The position numbers and the translations under genes were made by a program. Below, piece after piece: positions 55,621 to 64,000 of a stretch of 64,000 nt of DNA (positions within the stretch are counted from its first letter, which is position 1; each line of letters opens with the position of its first letter). The DNA lies in NCBI GenBank assembly GCA_938084675.1, contig CALKGM010000004.1:3339-67338 (forward strand). Reading direction: 5' to 3'. Under the pieces are notes generated by a model, which had not been told where the DNA came from, searched no databases, and saw nothing but the letters and a program-made list of their open reading frames with translations. The DNA comes from Candidatus Poseidoniaceae archaeon. Its GTDB lineage: Archaea > Thermoplasmatota > Poseidoniia > Poseidoniales > Poseidoniaceae.

Positions 55621-58600
55621 TCAGAACTTGGAACCTGAGCGACCGCTACGTGCTGTCTTGACACCACCGTAGATGACAAGCAGTCCTAGGGCAACGATTG
55701 CAAGCGTAAGCACCCACGAACTGGAACCAGATGATGGCGCTGGGTCGTACCGAAGTTGGAAGTCAAACGCACCGTCTTCAGCGACCTCACTATCGTGCAT
55801 AATCGATTCTACATTGTTTGCTTCTTCTCCAGCAACCTCAATTCGCACATCGAACCGGTGGTCACCTTGTGGTTTGGTAATGTTGTCAAACGTTGCATCG
55901 ACGGTTTCACCGGCAGGAACAGTAATCGTTTGTTGACGTTCTACAGAGTCTTCACTCGATTTGAAGTAAACGATGACAGATGTTGCATCCAGTAGCCCAA
56001 GATTTTCAACAGGAACAACAACATCACCAGCTTCACCAGCAACGTCGTCAGACTCTGTAGAAATCTCACCAGAGTTTACGTTTAATTTGATCTGTGCATA
56101 TTGGATGGACACATCAACTTCCTTAGATTCTAGGCCGAGGTTCTCTATGTATACTTTGAGGTCAAAGTCACCGCCTTCACTGAAGTCCGATGGCGCAAAG
56201 ACCGTGAACGGTTGAACACGAGTTTCTCCCTTGGCAAGCGTAAGAGTTGATTGCATAGGCGTAACAGACCATCCCTCAGGAATTCCACTTTCAAGAAGTT
56301 CAATGGTAAATGTATCTCGTCCATTTCCATCATTGGTTACATCAAAACTAAACTGACGTGAGACCAATGGAGAAATACCAAGGGTTTCAGTTGCTCCACT
56401 GATCTCATAGGAATAAGCTGTTGGAACAACTGCTTTCACAGTAATTTGACTGGCTTCTCCCAATTCTGTTTCAAGTCGCAATGAGACTCTGTGCCCGTCA
56501 TCAAGATGCCATGCATCTTCAACAGAAGGTAGCGTTACACGAACACTAACGTTAGCGGTCAGGATCGCATCTGCTCCGGTTGCATTTCCAATTCCAAGCG
56601 ACAAGAGCATTGATGTTTCCCATTCTTCACTGGATTCATTATACAGTTCCACTGTCCAGAGGTCGGAATCTTGGGCCAAGCCCATTTCAGCCGTTACTGT
56701 GAACACATCAAGCGTTTCAGTTCCGTTGTACGTCACGTCAACATTGAAGGTAAACTGGTCGTAGATGGTAGTGTTCGTTGATGAGACTACCGCTCCAATC
56801 TCAACATCAGTTGCATCGATAAGAGTAGCGCCTTCAACACTGTTGAACACAAGGTCCAGGTTAGAGTTGACACGGCGGTTGTATTCCAGAGTTGCACTGA
56901 TTGTAGAATCTGACGCAATGGTCATGCTTTGACCACCGAAGTATTCCATTTCCAGATTGCTTGTGTGTTGAGTTGTCATAAATGAACTGTCAAAGACAAC
57001 ATTACCTTCCGGCATCAGGAGATTGAGTGTGCCGCCCGCAGGTAGGGCAACCATCCAAGACATTCCATCAAATGTAACTTCAAGTTCAGTACCTTGTTCC
57101 ATCACGTTTGCTTCCGCATTGTCCGGACCAGCATGCAAAGGCTGCGTAGCACCAACCGGGTACCATTCGCTGTCAAGGACGAGGTTTCCTCCAAGAGCCA
57201 TTTCCATCGTGAGGTTTCCACCGTTGGAAACACTTGCATCAAGCATACCGATTGCGATTCCACCGCCATTAGGCGTTGGGTTAGCGTCAGTTACTACAAC
57301 AATCCATTCACCTGGTTGCACTGACGCAGACCATTCAAGAGTGTCATTAACAATAGTGCCAGTGACTGCAACAGAGTCTCGCTCAACGCCTGAAGTAGGA
57401 TACAACACAATGGATGCATCAATCAAACGAGTAGCGTCAACTTGGTCTGTAACCGAACCTGAAACTTCAACCATTCCGGCAACAACCTCGATGTCTGTAG
57501 ATTGTGTACTGTTGTAAACAGGGAATCCGGATTCGTTGCCGTCCATGTAGTAGACTGTCTCAAATCCGTCCTTCTCAACAGAGACGTTGTAAACATCTTG
57601 AATTGGAACGAAGAGAGTCCATACACCATTTTCGTCGGTCGTAACATTGGTATTGACATCAGTATTGTTTGTACCAATGATGGTTATGTTGAATCCAGCA
57701 AGGCCTTCACCCGAAGATGGAGCACTGTTGTTATCAAGGTCCCAGTAGACCTTACCACCAATTTCCACCTCAAGTTCGGCAAAGACTGGATCAAGGGTTA
57801 ACGAACCGTTTTCAGCGTTGGTCATGTCAAACGGAGTTGCGGATGTGTCGAGGTACCATGTCTGCTGACCGGAGGACTTGTTGAGGTAGAAACTCCAACT
57901 GCCCGGCATGAGCATTTCCGAAGTATTACCATCTACATTGGTCTTCTCAAAGGTCACGTTACCCAATCCCTCCTCGCTCACGGCGATGAGATTCATGTCT
58001 CCAAGGTTGTTGAGCGTTAATTGCTCCTTGAGTTGAATCAAAACATTAACTGCAGGGACAGACGTGTAGGTCTGGTTAAGCCGAGTTGTTGAGAGGTCTC
58101 CGACGCTTAGAGTAGCACGCAGGGTTTCTGTCACTTCGCCGTTTACAAACGGTGCGACGATCATCAACCACTCACCTGCTGGTACATATGCCGCAAAGGA
58201 ACCATTTTCATCAGAACTGATATCTGAGAACCAACGGTCTTCTGCTTCGTTGTAAAGTAGGAACGCGTTCATCAGACCTTCACCTGTAGAGTTCAACAGT
58301 GTTCCAGTAACAAGGTAGGTCTCTTTGAGTGGGACCGGCAATGCTTCTTCAGGGCCATCAAGGCCAATGTATATCTCTTCAAAGAAAATTTCACCGATAA
58401 GGTCGTAATCCGTTGCGTTTTCAGAATCTGCTGTTGTTCGGTTGAATGTTAGCGTATAGGTTCCAGGTGTGAGTGAAACATTAACGATACCGTTGCTGGT
58501 GTAATTGTCTGCTGTGATGTAAATATCATCTCTTGATTCATCAAGTGGGACAAGACGGAATTCGGGGGAAACTTTTGTCCCGTTCTCGAAGGAACCGTCA

Positions 58601-61600
58601 TCTGCCGAATTGAGGAAGAGTTCCATCGACACTTCAACAGCCGCAGGTTGTGCAAAGAATTCCATAATTGACATTGGTTCTGCAGTTTCAGAACCGTTTC
58701 GTGTTCCGTTAATGATAAGTCCGGTAATAGGGTCAATGTTGAGAAGCTCTTCATCAACACTTAGCGTCCAAGTTCCATCAATTAAATCAATATTGAAATC
58801 ACCGAATTCATTTGCTGTGGTCGTCCACTGGAGTCCATCTTCATTGGTTGCAGTAATTTCAGGGGCAACCCAGCGTGGGATTGCGTTCGTCCACCTGGTA
58901 CCGTTGTCGTAGAGGAAGATGATTCCATTCACCTCAGTCGTTGGTTGAAGATACATAACTCCCATGTCCAAATCATCAGCGGTTACAACATCGATGAGTT
59001 GCCCTCCGCCCAGGCTGGTGAAGGAAGAACTGGTCGTCATGTGGTATTCAAATCCAGCAGGCACACGAACGGAATAATTTCCAGAAGTGTCTGTCACAAC
59101 TGGGAATGATAGTACTCCGCTCTCAAAGAGGACTGAAACTCCAGATGCTTCATCAGATAGGTCGGACTTATCCTGTTCAGGCAGGTCAACCCATATTCCG
59201 TAATCTGTCCCAGGGTAATACCGTAGGCTACCGTTGATGTATACTGATTCAGCGTAGGTGATGTTTCGTTCGATGTCATCCGAGCCAGGTTGAATATCAA
59301 CTTGGTCAAAGAGGACGTAATCAACGTTCACATCATCCCGAATGTCGTAGGTTCCAAACAAGAGTTCGGCGTATACACGACCGTTTTCATCAGAAGTTAC
59401 GTTTACCGGGTCAAGAATGCCTGCAGTATTGTCAAACGTAATTACACGGTTTGAAACATCAAACAGAGGCTCCTGTGTTGTTGGGTTAATAGGAGATACG
59501 AGATGAAGAGTAATGTCTACAGTTTCGGGTACTCCGAATGTGATCGTAATGTTGGTAGTTTCATCTCCAACAATTGCTGTCTCATTTAGGTCGTACCATC
59601 CATCATTGTCCACATCTACACGGTAGTAATAATCACCCTTGGGGATAGGACCGTGGCTGAAACTTGCGTTTTCATCGGTGCTGATTTCTGTCATGAACTC
59701 TTCACCAAGGTCAAGATCAACAAACTCAATGGTTTGATTGGTTAGGAGTTCTCCTGTCATGTCTTCAAGGGTACCTTCAAAGATTGCTCCAGGCATGGTC
59801 ATCTCCAAATCATAACTTGGTACGACACCCACGATAACAGGGTCCGGCAGAAGTACAGATTTATTGTTATCAAGCATTGCAATCATGTTGTACGTACCTG
59901 GCAAGAGACCTGTTCGGTAAAATGAACCTGGTTCGACCATTGGGCCGGAGAAGGAGCCTGCTCCAATGAACAGTCCAGTACCGTTGAGTGTACCAATTCC
60001 TTCAAAGAACCCAGCGCCTTCAAAGGTATCACCGCTACCAGAGTCAAAATCACCGTAGGTACGGGTGAGGGTTGTAACTCCATCCGAGGTGAAAGTACCA
60101 GAGGCGTTGACTGATCCTTCAAGACGATAGTTCGTAAGTCCGTCCTCAATGCCAATTACACAAACGGTGTAATTATCAGGCATGATTGGAACGGAATCAC
60201 TGTCAAACTCACAATCTGTTGAGTTCACCGACTCTATCCAAGAGGCCTTAATTGTACCAGCACCATCCCATGTACCGTTTGCAAAGAACATACGATTGTC
60301 GCCGAGTTCACGGGTAAACGTACCAATGAAGTTCTTAGCAACAGCCATCCCAGTGCTTTGGAAGGTTCCATTTTCCGTAAACGTTGCTTCTCCAGTTCCT
60401 TGGAGAATACGGCTTTCTTCGCTTGTGATTGAGCCGCTTGTGGTTGTTACAGTGTAATTATCAGTCATTGACCAAATGTTACGTAGAACAAAGGTGGTGT
60501 CGGAGACTGCATCTCCACTGAATGCTTCGTCACCAGTCCAAGTGACCGTTCCAGAAACACCGCTGCTCTTGATAGCAACGTTAAGAGGAGTGTCGGAAAT
60601 AACTTCTCGGTTAGCCATTTCGGCAGTGACGTTCATCACTGAGTCGCCCAACCAGGTCATGTTTGCAACTTGACCGAGGAGCGCTGTGATAGCGTAGACT
60701 TCACGTTGGCCGTTGGTTTCAGAGGCAATGTCCAAGTTGTTGTTGTTGACTTGTGCATAAGAGCCGTCTCGGATTGAATCACGTGCTGCGACTGGGTCGT
60801 ATTCCCCTGCAAATGCAGATACACGGATACGGCCAGCAGGAAGTGTGTACTCATAGTGTCCATTTTCATCTGCGTCAACAAATCCAATAGGTACCCAGTA
60901 TGTGTCGCTGTCTAAATCTTCAGGCCCTTCTCCAGAGAATGCGTCACGCTCAATGAGCAATCGAACTCCGGGGATTCCCTCGCCTGTATCGCTCATGGTC
61001 ACTTGACCGGTGATTTCGCTTCCAGGATAGTATTTGAGAATCTTAACCCGAGTGTTGGAATCGGTGATACCAGCTTCGGTTTCATCATCATACCAGTTCG
61101 CAATGACATAGTGATTCATCATTGCACCAGGAAGAGGTAATCCTGAGGAAAGAATGCTGCCCGGTGTTCCTGAAATCGAGAAGTGTTGAGATGGTTGAGG
61201 ATTTGAAGAAGCAGTGTCAACACCCAATGTTGAGGCGCCGTAACCAACGTAGGTTCGTGCGAGCATGGTGTCAAAGAAAGCAGGCAAGTGATCGACACGG
61301 ACATCTTCAATTTGCAAGGGGTCAATATCTGCGCCAGACTGTTGATTCAAGAAATCTTTTTGCATGGCAAGGTCCACTTCTTCACGGGTCATTTCGTCGC
61401 TGAAATCTCCGCGAATGGTTTCGTAAACTTCATTCATGTAGGTACCAGTGTCTTGACCTGAAAGAATGGTAGGTGCTCCAAAGATACCCATTGGTTGGCC
61501 GCCGTTGTAGTTGTAGTCAGCCGTATAACGGCCTGCTCGGGGATAGAGGCGGTTGTCAATTGCAAAGTAACGAATTTCGTGGTCTCGGCTAATTGTTTCG

Positions 61601-64000
61601 CCGGGAACCCCGTTGTAATCCTGTACCTTGTAGTATCCTTCATCGCCACCAAGGTCAATGATGTCAGCGTACATATCATGGATGGTTGCATCTTCGTTTG
61701 CTGCGAAAGCCGCAGATAGAAGTTGTGTCACCATTGCAATTCGAGCGTTCTGTCGGTGGATGTTCGTTGATACACTTTCATATTCATCAATCAAATCGGC
61801 TGTGTACCAATATTCACCAAAGATCGTATGGGTTGAGTCAACAACGGTATCTTCGCTGCTTCGAATGTTGTTTTGGAATTCACTTTCAGCAGCACTCATA
61901 TGGTTCTCTTTATCCCAGTCGTCACCGATACATACACCAGCAATGGTAGATTCACATGGAATTTGAACTCCATCGCTGTACATACGAATAACGGGAGTTG
62001 ATGTGTCAAAGATTCCAGCGCTGTGGTGGTATCCTTCAGCCATCACAATGTCTCGGTTGGTCTTGATGACGCTAAAGGAATGGTCTTGGATGAAGTCAAT
62101 AGAAGCCCCAGAACCTGTTTGAATCGTTGCAAAATCAGACAATTGTTCTTCCGTCAGGTAATCATCCAATACACTTTGGAATCCAGCAGTGAACGGTCCA
62201 GGTATGCTTGGGTTGGCGGCAGCATAGGTTCGGTCTCCTTCTGAGAGTTGCCAGATGAACATTGCAGTCAAGTCGTCTTGATTACGGGCAAGCAACATGT
62301 TACCTGTTGCAGTGATACCGGACTGGAAGTTGTCAGAAACAGTTGGGTGTTCGCCAGATGTAAGCGCTTGGAACCCGTAGTCCCACCATGAAACAAATGC
62401 TGGACGTTCGGAATAGCTTACATCCGTATCCTGTTCAGCGAGCCACTCATATGCTCGATTCCAACCGTCATCGTTGAAACTGGAACCGAAGTTACCGAGG
62501 TACCAACGACCATCGTGACTTGAACTGTCAAGGATAGAGAAACCGAGACCGTCAAATCGGAGGATATCAGGAACGATATCGTAAATTCGTTCGTCAAGGT
62601 CACCCTCAGCATCCGATGCAGAACCAGGGATGGCAGAGTCTATTCCGTAGGTTGCCTGCTGACTGAAGAGCATCAACATCACGAGGAAGATGGCTGAGAA
62701 TTGGGGTGTTCGCCAAACTGCCTTGCGAGCTCCTGCGATACGGTCTGCAGGTGTTCGGATTCCAAATTTCTTCCAAGAGCGGACGAGTCCACTCCAATTG
62801 GCCCACTTCCAGAGTGATGCGATACCGCAGGCTCCAAGAATGGCCATAATGGGTGTAGCGTTGAACATGAAACGGGCTGCGTTCCAAGCCATGAACGTTG
62901 CTGCAAAGACCCAAACTCCGAAGACGAGGTCAGTTGAGCGTCGGTGGCGGAGTCCCCGCCATAGGAATGTTCCACCCATAACGAGAGCAAGCAGGAAGGT
63001 GATCGGGCCAAAGGAGGCAAAGAGTTGCGCTCGATTCGGGGCGTTCGCTTCTGCAACGGTTCCGAAAATCTTGGTCTTTGCAAAGTATCCGCTTCCCGTG
63101 AAGAGAACATCCCATGCGTCTGAAACCCCTAACGTCTTGAGAACAAACAGCAAGGCGAAGAACACTGTAGCCAAACCAGCGAGGGTACCAAGGACGAGCA
63201 ACCAAGGCTTATCTCGGTAACCAGTTGTAACAAATGCAATGGCGAGGGTAAACCCGAAGATGAACAAGAAGGGTTGTAGACCAGTTGAATCAAGCACAAG
63301 CGAAAATTGAGGGTTTCCATAGAACGGCAGAGCCATGAGGAAAATCACCGAAAGCATGGTTAGGAACATGACGCTCATAGCGGTTGAATCTCGGCGGCGG
63401 AACATGTTCAAAGCAACTTGTAGGGCATATGCAAGGAAGAGAATCGAAGGTCCTACGACGAATCCTTTCCATGCAAGTGATGCAATACCAAATGCAACAC
63501 CGGCTAGAATAGCGCTCGACATTGCAGCTTGGCGATGAGTGAAAACATCTCGGAACGCACGGAGGAAGGACATTGGACTTGCTGATGTTTCCTTTGTGAT
63601 TCGGGCTGTACCTGCGTACTTGACCGCTCGAAGCCAATACATGAAACCAATGCTGATGAACAGCATGACGAAGGCGTCGTGGTCTGCTAGGGCCCAAGTT
63701 GAGTGAGTGACGTGGGCAGGCATGAAAGCAACGAGCCATGCCGCAATAACCGCAGCACCTTTACCGAAGTGGTCTCGGGCTGTTGCTGCGATTGGTAGGA
63801 TGGTAAGGGCTCCGTAAACGGCAGGAAGTCCGAGCATGCTCCACCAGATTGCATCTTCAGGATTTTCGAGGAAGGGTTCCAGCAGCATTGCTCCAATGGC
63901 CATTGACCAGGAGAAAAGTGGTGGACGAGGATTGATTCCGCCTACCGGGTAGTATCGGTCGGCATCGAAAACTAGATGAGCATTATTCGCAAGAATATAA
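55621..64000 (-). CDS. aglB: giant oligosaccharyltransferase AglB/STT3 fused to a ~1,900-aa extracytoplasmic beta-sandwich extension and terminal TM helix (5' end beyond the window)
   Basis: Multi-TM N-terminal half with TVAE (TIXE-type motif) and WWDYG at 62374..62388 (VSWWDYGFQ). The reading frame stays open upstream of the ORF-track Met to position 64000 (...YILANNAHLVFDADRYYPVGGINPRPPLFSWS-MAIG...), which includes the acidic first-loop motif. C-terminal ~1,900 aa are CarboxypepD_reg/CARDB/NEW3-like repeats (ITGQVTMSDTGEGIPGVRLLIE; FSFDVTNDGNGRDTFTIELLESGIPEGWSV). Ends SSSWVLTLAIVALGLLVIYGGVKTARSGRSGSKF. Confidence 0.85.
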   Translation of the reverse strand, partial: YILANNAHLVFDADRYYPVGGINPRPPLFSWSMAIGAMLLEPFLENPEDAIWWSMLGLPAVYGALTILPIAATARDHFGKGAAVIAAWLVAFMPAHVTHSTWALADHDAFVMLFISIGFMYWLRAVKYAGTARITKETSASPMSFLRAFRDVFTHRQAAMSSAILAGVAFGIASLAWKGFVVGPSILFLAYALQVALNMFRRRDSTAMSVMFLTMLSVIFLMALPFYGNPQFSLVLDSTGLQPFLFIFGFTLAIAFVTTGYRDKPWLLVLGTLAGLATVFFALLFVLKTLGVSDAWDVLFTGSGYFAKTKIFGTVAEANAPNRAQLFASFGPITFLLALVMGGTFLWRGLRHRRSTDLVFGVWVFAATFMAWNAARFMFNATPIMAILGACGIASLWKWANWSGLVRSWKKFGIRTPADRIAGARKAVWRTPQFSAIFLVMLMLFSQQATYGIDSAIPGSASDAEGDLDERIYDIVPDILRFDGLGFSILDSSSHDGRWYLGNFGSSFNDDGWNRAYEWLAEQDTDVSYSERPAFVSWWDYGFQALTSGEHPTVSDNFQSGITATGNMLLARNQDDLTAMFIWQLSEGDRTYAAANPSIPGPFTAGFQSVLDDYLTEEQLSDFATIQTGSGASIDFIQDHSFSVIKTNRDIVMAEGYHHSAGIFDTSTPVIRMYSDGVQIPCESTIAGVCIGDDWDKENHMSAAESEFQNNIRSSEDTVVDSTHTIFGEYWYTADLIDEYESVSTNIHRQNARIAMVTQLLSAAFAANEDATIHDMYADIIDLGGDEGYYKVQDYNGVPGETISRDHEIRYFAIDNRLYPRAGRYTADYNYNGGQPMGIFGAPTILSGQDTGTYMNEVYETIRGDFSDEMTREEVDLAMQKDFLNQQSGADIDPLQIEDVRVDHLPAFFDTMLARTYVGYGASTLGVDTASSNPQPSQHFSISGTPGSILSSGLPLPGAMMNHYVIANWYDDETEAGITDSNTRVKILKYYPGSEITGQVTMSDTGEGIPGVRLLIERDAFSGEGPEDLDSDTYWVPIGFVDADENGHYEYTLPAGRIRVSAFAGEYDPVAARDSIRDGSYAQVNNNNLDIASETNGQREVYAITALLGQVANMTWLGDSVMNVTAEMANREVISDTPLNVAIKSSGVSGTVTWTGDEAFSGDAVSDTTFVLRNIWSMTDNYTVTTTSGSITSEESRILQGTGEATFTENGTFQSTGMAVAKNFIGTFTRELGDNRMFFANGTWDGAGTIKASWIESVNSTDCEFDSDSVPIMPDNYTVCVIGIEDGLTNYRLEGSVNASGTFTSDGVTTLTRTYGDFDSGSGDTFEGAGFFEGIGTLNGTGLFIGAGSFSGPMVEPGSFYRTGLLPGTYNMIAMLDNNKSVLLPDPVIVGVVPSYDLEMTMPGAIFEGTLEDMTGELLTNQTIEFVDLDLGEEFMTEISTDENASFSHGPIPKGDYYYRVDVDNDGWYDLNETAIVGDETTNITITFGVPETVDITLHLVSPINPTTQEPLFDVSNRVITFDNTAGILDPVNVTSDENGRVYAELLFGTYDIRDDVNVDYVLFDQVDIQPGSDDIERNITYAESVYINGSLRYYPGTDYGIWVDLPEQDKSDLSDEASGVSVLFESGVLSFPVVTDTSGNYSVRVPAGFEYHMTTSSSFTSLGGGQLIDVVTADDLDMGVMYLQPTTEVNGIIFLYDNGTRWTNAIPRWVAPEITATNEDGLQWTTTANEFGDFNIDLIDGTWTLSVDEELLNIDPITGLIINGTRNGSETAEPMSIMEFFAQPAAVEVSMELFLNSADDGSFENGTKVSPEFRLVPLDESRDDIYITADNYTSNGIVNVSLTPGTYTLTFNRTTADSENATDYDLIGEIFFEEIYIGLDGPEEALPVPLKETYLVTGTLLNSTGEGLMNAFLLYNEAEDRWFSDISSDENGSFAAYVPAGEWLMIVAPFVNGEVTETLRATLSVGDLSTTRLNQTYTSVPAVNVLIQLKEQLTLNNLGDMNLIAVSEEGLGNVTFEKTNVDGNTSEMLMPGSWSFYLNKSSGQQTWYLDTSATPFDMTNAENGSLTLDPVFAELEVEIGGKVYWDLDNNSAPSSGEGLAGFNITIIGTNNTDVNTNVTTDENGVWTLFVPIQDVYNVSVEKDGFETVYYMDGNESGFPVYNSTQSTDIEVVAGMVEVSGSVTDQVDATRLIDASIVLYPTSGVERDSVAVTGTIVNDTLEWSASVQPGEWIVVVTDANPTPNGGGIAIGMLDASVSNGGNLTMEMALGGNLVLDSEWYPVGATQPLHAGPDNAEANVMEQGTELEVTFDGMSWMVALPAGGTLNLLMPEGNVVFDSSFMTTQHTSNLEMEYFGGQSMTIASDSTISATLEYNRRVNSNLDLVFNSVEGATLIDATDVEIGAVVSSTNTTIYDQFTFNVDVTYNGTETLDVFTVTAEMGLAQDSDLWTVELYNESSEEWETSMLLSLGIGNATGADAILTANVSVRVTLPSVEDAWHLDDGHRVSLRLETELGEASQITVKAVVPTAYSYEISGATETLGISPLVSRQFSFDVTNDGNGRDTFTIELLESGIPEGWSVTPMQSTLTLAKGETRVQPFTVFAPSDFSEGGDFDLKVYIENLGLESKEVDVSIQYAQIKLNVNSGEISTESDDVAGEAGDVVVPVENLGLLDATSVIVYFKSSEDSVERQQTITVPAGETVDATFDNITKPQGDHRFDVRIEVAGEEANNVESIMHDSEVAEDGAFDFQLRYDPAPSSGSSSWVLTLAIVALGLLVIYGGVKTARSGRSGSKF

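Noticed and set aside
55621-55730. C-terminal TM plus basic stub of AglB (and the tails of the other giants) as a PGF-CTERM/archaeosortase signal
   Set aside because: No PGF, PEF or VPXXXP tripeptide precedes the helix. The other giants have 80 to 155-aa tails after the helix, which is incompatible with archaeosortase-type signals. No archaeosortase gene is in the window.

Overview
Gene-dense stretch of an archaeal chromosome: 35 CDS called, only short intergenic gaps, and no rRNA, tRNA, CRISPR array, transposase, integrase or phage gene seen. Housekeeping genes are archaeal-type (type II GAPDH, archaeal PheRS beta, GluRS, uS15, archaeosine synthase ArcS, RNase HII, AglB/STT3). Together with class-III (prepilin-like) signal peptides and GGTGA-type Shine-Dalgarno sites, they indicate a euryarchaeote. 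Combined with the many giant secreted proteins, an uncultured marine Thermoplasmatota / Poseidoniales (MGII)-like lineage seems most likely; this is inference, not a search result. The dominant content is cell surface. Five giant ORFs (1476, 1658, 1800, 1917 and more than 2790 aa) cover 28,945 nt, or 45% of the window: (a) an S8 protease on a long stalk, (b) a protein with about 28 thrombospondin-type-3-like Ca-binding modules, (c) an Asp-box protein, (d) a parallel beta-helix protein, and (e) an oligosaccharyltransferase AglB fused to a roughly 1,900-aa extension. Further type-I membrane proteins, a second S8 protease, a metzincin-like lipoprotein, a GT2 glycosyltransferase and a translationally coupled trio of archaeal type-IV-pilin-like genes add to this. 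These surface genes are interleaved with core housekeeping genes rather than forming a mobile island. Most interesting observations: (1) three of the giants, at separate loci and with unrelated ectodomains, share one cytoplasmic tail design (TM helix, acidic patch, Pro-rich linker, terminal PxGW..W aromatic motif); (2) the giant AglB fusion; (3) the orphan pilin-like operon abutting a wHTH-NB-ARC-TPR STAND ATPase, which is itself encoded 13 nt behind one of the tail-bearing giants; (4) a degenerate DHH (RecJ/Cdc45-like) gene next to the uS15 gene; (5) a pyroglutamyl-peptidase-Nudix fusion; (6) all six convergent gene junctions have 1 nt or less of spacer. All functional calls come from motifs read by eye. 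No database search was run.
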